Shown here: piece by piece, positions 32,822-43,166 of the stretch
Numbering within the stretch: position 1 is the first letter of the stretch
How the letters are laid out: each line of letters starts with the position of its first letter
Origin: Chrysochromulina tobinii
Taxonomy: Eukaryota
Assembly: GCA_001275005.1 (NCBI GenBank)
Contig: JWZX01003243.1
Location: forward strand, 1 to 47,262
Direction of reading: 5' to 3'
Length of the DNA stretch: 47,262 nt
Position numbers and translations under genes: made by a program
Notes under the pieces: generated by a model
Seen by the model: the letters and a program-made list of their open reading frames with translations, nothing else
Databases searched by the model: none
Told to the model about the DNA's origin: nothing

Positions 32822-33148
32822 TTATGTCTCGACCGGCAAAGGATCAGACAACGCAGTGCTGATTTCCTCGACGGCTTCATCTAGTGCGAGCACACCTTCG
32901 TTGACACGATGGAGCATCTCGTTCGTGAACTCAAGAGTGTGCTCGTATTCAGCAAACGTTGCGATGGTCGCCTGCAGTGTCGGAGAGCTTGCATTCTTGC
33001 TCACCAGTCGTGCAAGCGCACCCGCTGCCACCACGGATTCGGCCGCACGCGCTGCAAGAGCTGCTCGCGTCTGCGCGGGTCGCATACTGACCAATTCAAG
33101 CCCACTTCGTTCTCGGTTGCTGGCGTGTATCGACGAGTGCAGATACAC
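32822..33148 (-). CDS. Small helical hypothetical protein
   Basis: 108-aa ORF with an amphipathic helical pattern, divergent from the next gene; no family recognised. Confidence 0.45.
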   Translation of the reverse strand: MYLHSSIHASNRERSGLELVSMRPAQTRAALAARAAESVVAAGALARLVSKNASSPTLQATIATFAEYEHTLEFTNEMLHRVNEGVLALDEAVEEISTALSDPLPVET

Positions 33149-33428
33149 AGTAGACCCTATTGACTTGCGGACCTGCTTTGCAGAGAGTCGCTTGCAGACC
33201 GTAAGATGGATGATTGTGCGCAGTGCGCTGCGGATTCACGCGCTGCGTCAACCGCGCCACATTCCATGGCATCAAGATGCTCCAGCAATTTACCAAGGCG
33301 AGTGGGCCCACTCGGGGGGGAACACAAAACTTTCGGAACTTTCGGATATGCACATGTGCGTTCAGAGGCGAAGTCAGTTCCGTACGAGCAAAACCACGAG
33401 ATTTCATATCTCGTCGGTGCCCTGAGAA

Positions 33429-34491
33429 ATGCGACTCTTCGCATTAGTGTTGTTTACGTCCCTGCTGCTCGGCGCCGGGGCATGGCTGGCGCCGCCAGGC
33501 CCGCGCTTGCGTTTCCTAAGCCCGCCAAGGCGTGCCGTTGTGTTTGCCTCCGCCGAGTACACGGCGAAGCTGGACTTGCTCATTCGCAAACTACGAGCCT
33601 CGGTAAGCGAAAGATTTTCAAATATGCAAATCTGCCATCCACTGCACAGCTGATCTCGAGATTTCCGCCCGCCCACAGGCTCCAGACCAGCTGCCGAGAA
33701 TCCTTGCGGAGAATCTCAAGGCCATCGACCAGAGGCTGTTCTTGCGCCTTGCTGAGATGAGTGATGCTGAAAGCGACGACTACGAGAAACTGCGTATCCG
33801 ACAGCTCGCGACGCTCGTGGCATCGAGTCTCGAGACGATACTCGCGAAGGCGGATGAGCAAATGGATGCCGATGCAGGCGTGGTGCAGCAGTTCCTACGG
33901 CTGATGGCCTCGGAATCTGGCGAATTCGTGCTGCCAGTGCCGAAAGCACGGCTTGACACGCTGCGCACCTCAATGCGCGGACGCGTGGCAATGCTCGACG
34001 GAGGCTTCGTCGGCACTGTAAAAGCCTACATGCAAAAGGCTAGCGACGATGGCCTCGATGGAGTGGTCGACGTGCTTCGCGTGCTGCTGCAAGTGTTCGC
34101 CTCGGAACGTCTACGCTCGCTAACGACCAGTCAGCTGGCCGCTGGCGGCGCGGCCGGTGCTACCTTGGCAGCTCTGCTCGAGGTGCGCGGCCTTGCCGAT
34201 TGAGCACTGATAGGCAACGGCAGCCAGCCCCGTTATCCCACGGTCTGACCGCGCGCTTGCATGTGTCGCCCCATTCAATAGGCAAGTCCCGATCAATGGG
34301 ATGACGTTCTGAAGGTTCGTGTCTCCGGCGAGAAGGCAGAGTGCAGTGCCCAGGACGTCCTTAACGTGCTCCAGGATAAGATGGGCGAGATTGTCCTTGG
34401 CATGCCGGCAGGCTCACCCGTGCAGACGGTCCTTGCGGAGTATCTGAGTGAACTTTTGAGCCGCGCACGAGCTATTGCTGCCGAGGAGTAG
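33429..34491 (+). CDS. Probable plastid-targeted helical protein of unknown function; exons 33429-33602, 33679-34182, 34282-34491
   Basis: Signal peptide ending ..AGA|W followed by an R-rich transit-like stretch; two phase-0 GT-AG introns give a continuous ORF ending GSPVQTVLAEYLSELLSRARAIAAEE*. Confidence 0.8.
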
Positions 34492-35271
34492 TGCTGGCGA
34501 GCCATGCAAGTTGTCGCTCGCAGGCCAGACCGCTCGAGGTGCTCATGCCTGCCATCCATGTCTCGCCAAAGGATTCTGAATACGGCTGTTCCCGTCGACG
34601 ACAGTTTTGGCGATGCGGCTGCATGCGGGTAGGGTAAGTGGAATCCCATCACCCAGAGGCGTCGCCGCCACGGCCCAGCAACGGCAAGCCGTCATCGCAT
34701 CGCCTTTGTCGACGCGACCACGACACGTGGGCACCAAGCGCCTACATGTATAATACTGTAGGAGTGCACATGATGCGACGGTTAACGCTCGGCTTAAGGC
34801 ACTCTCCTATATATTATTTAATCGTTTATAATATATAATATTATTCCCGCTCGAATCGCGCGGCCGCGGGGCGCGCGCCGCGATCCCGCGCGCGCGCCGG
34901 CCGCCGCCTCGCGGTCCGGGTCGATTTCCGCTCAGGAACGCGGACGCCCGGGCGCCCGGCCTACACACAGCGCACAACGTAAGAACGCCGAAAGGGGCCG
35001 GGCTCGAGGGCCGGGCGGCGCCAGGCGCCGCGCCCGCGCGCCCCCGCTCGGCCTCCTCTCTACCCGAACCGTTGAGTCTTTGACCGCGAACTCCGAACTG
35101 ACCGAACGCAGATAGGGGCGATACAATAAAGAAGGGAATCCCGAGAGTATCGGCTGGCCTCGGCGGCGCTCGGCGGGTTTATCGGCAATGGTATTCCCAT
35201 GCCGTCTCGACCACTCTGGCAAGGCCGGTAGGGCGTCTCCTCTCGAACTTGTGAGCCAGAAGTCCGAAGCG

Positions 35272-36913
35272 CTACAAAGCGAAGCGAACAGAGGTCAATG
35301 ATCGATGAAGGAAGGCTTCTCGCTTCAGCTCGTCGGGGGTCTTCGGAAGCTTCTTCGTGTCTGCTCGTGTTGCGGGTGTAGCCACCGGAGCGGCCACGGG
35401 GGAGCCTTCAGACACATCATTATGTGCGGGAACACGCTGAGCTGCCGCCGCTGCCGTCTGCATAGCCGCTCTAGCCGCAGCGTGTCCTTCACGCTGCTCG
35501 GCCACATGCAGCGCATGCGACCAAAAGAGTGGAAAGCGTCTACGCATGCGCTTCTGTGCAGCCAGCTTGTTGAGGTGATCCGGACGTGTGGCTTGCAACG
35601 ATTTCGACTCGGCCAACGGCATAGCGAGAGTAGGCGCCGAACGGTAGTTTCTGTGCGCGAAGCGGAGGGCGCGCGAGAGCTCAATGTCGAACTGCGGATC
35701 ACGAGCGGACGATGCTTCGGTAGCGCCATCGTATTCCGAAAAGTGTCGGACGGACAAAGCAACGGATGGGCTTGCAAGTGGCGATCTGCTGAGCGGACAC
35801 TTTAAATTTCGCATGCCAGAAAGCAAACGAAGCAGCAAAGAACGGTCACTGTCGTTTACTGAGGCTTGCTCGTGCGTCAGGGCCGACAGAGCGTTCAGCT
35901 GAGCTTCCTGCAAACCAGTGGCATAAAGAGATTCGATCGATAGTAATGTTGTGTGAGAGGAGTGTGTCATCGGCTGCACTGTCGGGGCTTCGCAATTTCA
36001 CCAGTACGTCGAACTCGCGCTCGACTCGCTCAGCTCGACGTCCTTCAAACCTTTTCTGGGAACGGTATCGATCCCACATTTCGTCTTCTCGACGCTGAGC
36101 AACCAGGTACTCGAGTTCGCCTCGGCAAGGATCCTCTGCGGCCTGAATGGCCGTGATCAGCTTCTGCCGAACGAGGGAAGCTTCTGACAACGGTTTAGGG
36201 CGCGGCGGCCCTGACCGCCAGACTCGTCGCCTCCGGGGGCTTATCGGTTTGCTCTCGTTAGCAGCCCATACATGTATATGTGGTCTTCGACAAGGAGCGC
36301 TACGGCCAGCCATTACAGCCAGGAAGATCTTCATTTGGTGGGAGCGCCTCTGGCTCTCTTTCCCCTTGGCCTCGGACTTCTCGAGATCACTGATACTCGT
36401 CATGAGCGTCGAGTAGTCGTATTGCAGGATTCGCGTACCTTCCGCTGACAGAAAGATCTTAATCGCGGCTGCTTGGTTGCCTTGGCCGTTCTGGGCAACA
36501 TCTTCTCGTTGCCGCCGCGTCAGCACCACCAGATCCTCGAACAGTGACGATGCCTTCGCACCGAAGCCGATATCCTCTGCAAGCCGTTTAAAGTCATCTT
36601 CAGTGATTGTGAGTGTGCCTTTCTTGCCTGTGTTGGAATACTTAGCAAAGCGCGATTCAATTTTCAGTCTGTGTGGTGCCACCGCCACCGACCACCACTG
36701 AAAGAGCGTATCACGATCTACGCGTTCCTCACCATCCACACCTGCGCCGCCAATGCCGTCGCTATGCACAGCAAGGTTGAACCAGTCTCTTGCAACGCAG
36801 TCAGGAAACGGCTTTGCAGAGTGCTCTGGGAGCAAAGCCATGAAGTCCAGGAAGCTGAGCTGCACGGGTAAAGGCGTTTCCGCCGAAGCGCCCGGCACCG
36901 CTGTGGCTGCCAT
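35272..36913 (-). CDS. Hypothetical protein with possible degenerate EF-hands; exons 36913-36002 and 35907-35272
   Basis: Two overlapping ORFs are joined by a phase-0 GT-AG intron at 36001-35908; FAKYSNTGKKGTLTITEDDFKRLAEDIG is EF-hand-like. Confidence 0.6.
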
Positions 36914-37166
36914 CAGGGTGGGAAGCTTCTGGTTGCGGAGCGCGAGGCGTGTGTTGTGCTGTGGCGGTTTCAGTCTTTGAACAAACTGTCTATTTCTGCC
37001 TACACAACGCCCCACTCATGGCCAGTCATACGGCTGTCGGATCCCAACAGAGGCGGTACGAGTACACAAGGTTCGTTCGGGACATGTGAGAAAAGCAGAA
37101 ATGTGTTCACAGCCAATGAGTAAATCCTCGTGAGAAGTGCCACGTCATGCAGGGTATGCAACACAG

Positions 37167-40100
37167 ATGCGGCCAGGGATGCCACCGCCTACGCAGCCCG
37201 GAATGATGCCGGCAGGCCGTCAGCCGCCAATGCAGCCGGGAATACAGCCTGGAATGCAGCCGCCGAGACAGCCGGGAATGCAGCCGGGATTGCAGCCGCC
37301 GATGCAACCGCCGATGCAGCCGCCCATGCAGGCCCGGCCGCCACCGCCTGGCGGCATGCTAATGCATGCCGCGACATTGGGAGCAAATCTGGGAGCAACT
37401 CCGCCAGGCGGCATGATGCCGCCCGGCGCATGTCCGATGCCGCAAAGCATACCGCCTGCCGGCGTGCGCCCCATTCCGCAAGGCATGCCTCCTCCTGGCC
37501 AGCAACCGCCACAGCCCATGCCCCTGCCACCTCGGAGCATGGGCATGCCCGGGATGCCGCTTCCAGGCGCACCACCGTCTGGAGTGCCGCCGCGAGCGCC
37601 GCCGCCCAATGGAGCACGTATGCCAATGCCACCGTCAAGTGGACCTCCGCAGCCTGCGATGCGTCCGCCGCCAGGAAACGCAATGCCGCCGCCGATGGGC
37701 ATGCCGCCAGGAGGCTCAATGCCAGCCCCTGCGGGCATGCGCCCCGTGATGGGCATACCGCCGCCCTCCGGCCGGCCTCCTGCTCCAGGCGTGCAACCGA
37801 TGGGCATGCCGCCACCCTCCGGCCGGCCTCCTGCTCCAGGCGTGCAACCGATGGGCATGCCGCCACCCACGGGCATGCCGCCGCCCACGGGCATGCCGCC
37901 AGCGGCTCCGACGGTGCCCCTCACAGGATTGCAGGTGGACCATGCTCGACCCAAAGCTGTGATCCAGCGGCGCCAATACGCGCAGGGCGAGATGCCGCCA
38001 CCTGACGACCAGCCAGCGAGCAACGGCTCACAATATCGCTCTCCTGCGGGGGTGGCCGCATCGCCTGCCGCAGGGGCCGCCAAAGCAAACACTTCCAGCA
38101 ACCGAATCGACCCCTCCCAGATCCCGCGGCCGGACGCGGCGCGGCCGGCGGAGACGTGGTCGACACGAGCCAACGTCGGCCAGTGTCCGCCGCCCGCGAC
38201 GTCGGCGTACATCGTCGACGACGACGGCAACTGCAGCCCTCGGTACATGCGGCTCACGCTCAACCAGGTCATCAACACTGGTGAGCTGCTCACCAGCTCA
38301 GGCATGCCATTTGCCGTCGTGGCCCAGCCGCTCGCCGAGGTGCCTCCGTGCGACGGCCCCGTGCCTGTGGTCGACTTTGGCGATCTCGGACCCGTGCGCT
38401 GCGAACGATGCCGCGCTTACGTCAACCCCTTCTTCGCGTTCAATGATGGCGGGCGCTCGTACACATGCAACCTGTGTGGGCATGTGAACCAGACGCCGCG
38501 GGATTACTACTGCGAGATCGACCACAACGGATACCGGCGCGACCATCGCGAGCGAGCCGAGCTGTGCCGCGGCCTGTGCGACTTCGTCGCTCCGGCAGAG
38601 TACCAGGCGCGCCCACCGCGCCCTCCGCCGATCGTAGTGTTGCTCGAGGCGTCCATCGCGTCGGTGACGAGCGGCATCTTCCACGCGGTCATCGCATCCC
38701 TCGGGGCCATCTTGCCGACGCTGCCGCCGTACACGGAGTTCGCGCTCGTCACCTTCGATGAGGGCGTGCACTTCTACCACGTGGGCGCCGAGGGCACGCT
38801 GCGCACGATGAGCGTGCCCGACAACACCGAGGTGTGCCTGCCGTTGCCGCCCTCGGCGCTGCTCATGAGGCTGGGCGACGCGCTCGATCACGTGGAGCAG
38901 ATCCTCAAGGCACTGCCCGAGTTGGTGACGCACTCGCAAAAGGCCGACACGGCCTTCGGTTCGGCGCTGCAGGCGTGCCACCTGCTGCTAGAGAAGACGG
39001 GCGGGCGGCTGCTCTGCTTCCAGCATGTGCTGCCCGTGCTCGGTCACATGAAGCTGCAGCAACGCGACGACGTGCGCCTCTACGGTACCGACAAGGAGCG
39101 AGCTCTCTTTGCGCCACCAGAGGGGACGGGCTGGGAGGCGCTGGCCAAGGAGATGGCCAAGGCGCAGGTATGCGTGTCCTCGTTTCACTTCACGTCTTCG
39201 GCGTACGTCGACGTCGCCGCATGCGCCATCCTCGCTACGAGGACGGGCGGCCAGGTCTACCTATACCAAAGCTGCGTGCCCGAGCAGCGCGACGTGTGGG
39301 CGCTCAAGCTCGAGGTCGAGCTCGGGCGCAATCTGCGACGTGACTTCGGATTTGAGGGCGTGATGCGCTTCCGGTGCTCCAAGGGTCTCAGCGTCGACGA
39401 GTATCTCATGGGCTGCACGCCCCCGCCCGGTCAGATGGAGGTCGACGTGCCTGGCATCGACGCCGACCACGCCTTTGCGGTCACCCTCAAACACGACGAC
39501 AAGCTCGAGGACGGCGCCCCCGCGTACGTGCAGTGTGCGCTGCTGTACACGACGTCGGCCGGGCAGCGGCGCGTGCGCGTGCTCACGCTGGGTCTGCAGA
39601 GTACCTCGGCCATGGCCTCGCTGTACCGGTACGCTGACCTCGACGCGCTGCTCAACGTGATGCTGCGGCAGAGCATCGCCCTCGCGCGCAAGCAGAACAT
39701 GCACCAAGTGCGCGAGTCCGTCGTCAATGCGACCGTCAAGATGCTCTACTGCTACCGCAAGATGTGCGCCTCCGCATCGACGGCCGCCGGCCAGCTCATC
39801 TTGCCCGAGTCGCTCAAGCTGCTGCCACTGTACACGCTCTCGCTCACCAAGAACGGCGTGCTGCGGGCTGGCACCGACGTTCGCGCCGATGAGCGCAACG
39901 CCCTGATGGCGGCGGGGAGTCGCATGCCGGTCGCCTCTTCGGTGGCCTTCGTGTACCCGCGCCTCTTTGGCGTGCACACGCTCGACGAGTATGCGTGCGC
40001 GCTCGAAGCCGATGGCACCCCACGGCTCCCTAGCATGACGTCACTCTCCGTCGAGAAGCTCGAGGCGGACGGCGCCTTCCTCTTGGACGACGCGACGGCG

Positions 40101-40424
40101 CTCTACTTGTGGATCGGCCGTGGCGTTCCGGCGGCCTTCCTCGAGCAGCTGCTGCGGGTGCGTACGCTCGAGGGCTACGACTGCTCGCGGCTGCGCGTGC
40201 CCACGCTCGATAACGACGTCTCCATCCGGGCAAACCGCCTTGTCAACGCAGTGCGCTCGCAGCGGCCTCAGCTCTTCCAGAGTGTTCGTGTGCTCACGGC
40301 CAAGGATCCTCTCGAAGGGCGCTTCCTGAGCATGCTCACAGAAGATCGCGCACAGACAGCGATGAGCTACGTCGAGTTCCTGTGCCACGTGCACAGGCAA
40401 ATTCAGCAGAAGTTCACAACGTGA
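37167..40424 (+). CDS. SEC24: COPII coat protein SEC24 (C/D type)
   Basis: Pro/Met-rich N-terminus, RIDPSQIPRP, DDGNCSPRYMRLT, zinc finger RCERCRAYVNPF...CNLC, trunk domain, QCALLYTTSAGQRRVRV, GQLILPESLKLLPLY, SYVEFLCHVHRQI. Confidence 0.97.
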   Translation: MRPGMPPPTQPGMMPAGRQPPMQPGIQPGMQPPRQPGMQPGLQPPMQPPMQPPMQARPPPPGGMLMHAATLGANLGATPPGGMMPPGACPMPQSIPPAGVRPIPQGMPPPGQQPPQPMPLPPRSMGMPGMPLPGAPPSGVPPRAPPPNGARMPMPPSSGPPQPAMRPPPGNAMPPPMGMPPGGSMPAPAGMRPVMGIPPPSGRPPAPGVQPMGMPPPSGRPPAPGVQPMGMPPPTGMPPPTGMPPAAPTVPLTGLQVDHARPKAVIQRRQYAQGEMPPPDDQPASNGSQYRSPAGVAASPAAGAAKANTSSNRIDPSQIPRPDAARPAETWSTRANVGQCPPPATSAYIVDDDGNCSPRYMRLTLNQVINTGELLTSSGMPFAVVAQPLAEVPPCDGPVPVVDFGDLGPVRCERCRAYVNPFFAFNDGGRSYTCNLCGHVNQTPRDYYCEIDHNGYRRDHRERAELCRGLCDFVAPAEYQARPPRPPPIVVLLEASIASVTSGIFHAVIASLGAILPTLPPYTEFALVTFDEGVHFYHVGAEGTLRTMSVPDNTEVCLPLPPSALLMRLGDALDHVEQILKALPELVTHSQKADTAFGSALQACHLLLEKTGGRLLCFQHVLPVLGHMKLQQRDDVRLYGTDKERALFAPPEGTGWEALAKEMAKAQVCVSSFHFTSSAYVDVAACAILATRTGGQVYLYQSCVPEQRDVWALKLEVELGRNLRRDFGFEGVMRFRCSKGLSVDEYLMGCTPPPGQMEVDVPGIDADHAFAVTLKHDDKLEDGAPAYVQCALLYTTSAGQRRVRVLTLGLQSTSAMASLYRYADLDALLNVMLRQSIALARKQNMHQVRESVVNATVKMLYCYRKMCASASTAAGQLILPESLKLLPLYTLSLTKNGVLRAGTDVRADERNALMAAGSRMPVASSVAFVYPRLFGVHTLDEYACALEADGTPRLPSMTSLSVEKLEADGAFLLDDATALYLWIGRGVPAAFLEQLLRVRTLEGYDCSRLRVPTLDNDVSIRANRLVNAVRSQRPQLFQSVRVLTAKDPLEGRFLSMLTEDRAQTAMSYVEFLCHVHRQIQQKFTT
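37749..37867 (+). repeat. Coding 51-bp tandem repeat (MG[I/M]PPPSGRPPAPGVQP x2.3) in the SEC24 N-terminus
   Basis: Units start at 37749, 37800 and 37851 and are near-identical. Confidence 0.9.
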
Positions 40425-40926
40425 GGGAGAGGGAGACGACGCGACCTGCTGAGGCAGACGAAGGCCATCGACGAGCTACAGGGCTCGTGCCCGTAGCGAG
40501 CCCGGGCTCGCACTTTCGCATGAATGGGCAGGCGCGGCGGGGATGTGAGCAAGGGTATGTGCAGTTTGCATGTGCAATGCGGCGGATGCGTGAGGCTCCT
40601 GGTTACCTCCCCATGGCAATCCGACTTTGGATCCTCACGCGACGGAGACGAGCCCCAGCGTTAGAGGGCGCCCTGAGCACAGTCCATTGATCGCGACACC
40701 GAGGGTCCGTCTGAGCCGTCCTGCCGTGGTGCCGTTGTTGCGTGGCGCCGGTAACGGTGGGGCGTAGCGCGGTCGCGGGGTCGGCGTGTGTGGAGTGGTG
40801 CGACGCGCACTTGCGTACTGCGGGGAAAGTGAGCTCTCCCGGGCGCCGACACCGGGACACGTTCGGCTTCGGGACCCCACGTCCGACAAATGCCCGACGC
40901 CCGAGATTCCAGCATTGTAGCATACG

Positions 40927-41168
40927 CGCATACACGACGTGTTGCATGCCAGGGTGAAACCAAGCGGCCGCGTCGCTTTCCGACAAATGTCAGAAATGAG
41001 TTTCAATGCGGATCGTTCGCGTAAAGGGCCTTAAAAGGGCCTACGCACGCAGCATGGTGCTTACAAGTACTGATGGCGTGTACCTCCGGCCCAAGCATGT
41101 ACGAGGTCCGGTACAATACTCGTTTGACCGGTCCCAAACGCCCACGGCGGACCCTCACGGCTGGCGCG
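40927..41168. repeat. Dispersed repeat, copy A
   Basis: Aligns by eye to 46581-46772 with a near-identical ~85-bp core. Confidence 0.92.
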
Positions 41169-41237
41169 TGCCTGGCGGTTCGATGTGCAGCTTTCGACGG
41201 GACACCCCAGCGCACGCCCCTGCTTCGAGATCTTGGT

Positions 41238-41936
41238 CTACGCTGCCCACTGAACTTGCACCTTCTCCGGGCGTGCCAGCGGCGGGCCGAGATAGCACCA
41301 CCTGACGAAGGACTTGAGTCGTTCTGATTTGCCGCTGCACACGACACTCAGCTGCTCCGGACTCGTTGAAGGCTCCTTCGTCAGCTTGAGGCCCCGGTTG
41401 AAGACTGCCTCGGTTTTCAGGTGTCGCGCTATGTAGTCCATGTCTGCCTCGGGGCCCGACATGGTGATCTTGGCGGTAGCCGACGGCTGCGCCAGATTGA
41501 TGAGCGGGAAGCTAGCCATGTACGCCCCGACAGGCAGCTGCGTGCTTTCCTTCACTTGCGCGCCCACGGCAGCAGCTGCCCGAATGCGTTTCACGAATGC
41601 AGTGATGGTATCCTGCGGGCCCTCGGCGATGATCTCAATGCGGCCGCTGGGAAGAGAATAGATGACGCCCGTCAGGCCGGTGTCACACTCGCCGCCGCCG
41701 CACGCGGCCTCCTGGAGTTTTGAGGCCGAGCCGGCGCTGAACACTAGTGAGACGCGTGAGCCAGCGACAAGAGCGGGTGCCTCCTTCTGCTGGAAGCCAC
41801 CCAGCACCAGCGGCGACGAGCGACGGCATACAGGCGCGGCGATGCGGACGAGCGCGTTTGGCAGGGTCTGTGGCACCAGGGCGAGCGAGCGAGCGAGCGC
41901 GAACGTGGCGGCGACGACGACGACGACGGCCCCCAT
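41238..41936 (-). CDS. Tandem acylphosphatase-like protein with N-terminal targeting peptide
   Basis: GLTGVIYSLPSGRIEIIAEGPQDTITAFVKRI and VVCSGKSERLKSFVRWCYLGPPLARPEKVQVQW are both AcyP-like C-terminal patterns; hydrophobic leader. Confidence 0.75.
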   Translation of the reverse strand: MGAVVVVVAATFALARSLALVPQTLPNALVRIAAPVCRRSSPLVLGGFQQKEAPALVAGSRVSLVFSAGSASKLQEAACGGGECDTGLTGVIYSLPSGRIEIIAEGPQDTITAFVKRIRAAAAVGAQVKESTQLPVGAYMASFPLINLAQPSATAKITMSGPEADMDYIARHLKTEAVFNRGLKLTKEPSTSPEQLSVVCSGKSERLKSFVRWCYLGPPLARPEKVQVQWAA

Positions 41937-42096
41937 ACGGTTCCGTTAATTACGTGCTTGCTCAAACATGCACATCGAGTTTTGGGCTACACAGGGCCTG
42001 ATCTTCACTGCATATCCTCTCCCAACTTCCAAGAAACCGATCTCAAGGAACATGTAAACGCGAAAAGAGTAGAAGGATTCACGCTGGGCCCAGGGA

Positions 42097-42774
42097 TGAC
42101 CTACCCCCTTACTCAACGCGTTCTCCTTGAAGCCTGCCTTGTGCTCGGCTGGTCAGATACCGTGCTCGCGACGGCTGCGGCCTACCGCTGCCTCGCCGCT
42201 CGAGCAGCTTCTGAGGTTGCCGAGTCCACTGAGGCGGCGACGGGCAGATTTGAGGACAGATTCTGCATGTTTATTCCTCGCGAGCAAGATATGCGAAGAA
42301 CCGCGACGCGTCCGCGATGTGATGAACGCCGTGCATCTCGCCAGCAACGGCATGCCTCTTGCCGACTCGCACTGCTATTGGCAGCTCAAGGAGCAGGTGC
42401 TGCTAGCAGAGCAGAGGCTGCTGCGCGCACTCGGCTTCAACACGCGCACGGCGCAGCCGCATGTTCTGTTGCTCAACGTGCTTCGAGCTCTGGGCGCACC
42501 GCGGGCGCTCTACGACCTTTCTGCGGCCTTGCTGAATGATGGATGCGGCGCAGGCGTGTCCACGGCTTTCAACAGCCGCGTCCTCGTCGCTGCGGTTATC
42601 GGGATGGGCGCGGCGATGCTCGAGTTGCCGCTGCCTCCAGGCTGGCGCGATGTGCTCGAGGTGAATGACCACGCCGTAGAGAGCGCGTGCCACGCGCTGC
42701 TCGACTGCTATGCTCCGGCGGACTCCAGTTTCGAATGCGAAGGCCGGAGCTCCGCACCCTTCGATAGACGATAG
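42097..42774 (+). CDS. Transcriptional cyclin (cyclin L/Q/K-like) with an apparent frameshift near 42190-42250
   Basis: Frame 1 reads MTYPLTQRVLLEACLVLGWSDTVLATAAAY; frame 2 reads ACLFLASKICEEPRRVRDVMN...LKEQVLLAEQRLLRALGF...QPH. Confidence 0.78.
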
Positions 42775-43166
42775 AGCTTGACCGCAGGGGCGCAGGCTTG
42801 ACTCTCTGTCAGTGTCTCTCAGAGAGACTGGAGTCCACACACTCGAGCAGATCGTCGACACATTAGCGCAACAACCAGGCTACATGTAGAGTAATGCCGG
42901 CTTTGTGCGGAGTTGAACTTGCACTTCTCCGGCGTGGGTGAAAAAACGCTCCAAATCTCAAAGATCACAAGCAACTTTGAGATCTTCGAACACGTCGAGG
43001 TCGCGCGCCAGCTTGGAGCAAGCCACTGCGTTCCGCCCGCTGCTGCCACCGCCAGCGCACCTAGCCATGGCTGCTGTATACGCGGCTCTCCCCGTGGCTG
43101 CCATGTTTCTATGGGCGTGGGCGGCTGGGTCCGAGCTTTCACCGGGGCTCTGCAAGCACCATCATC

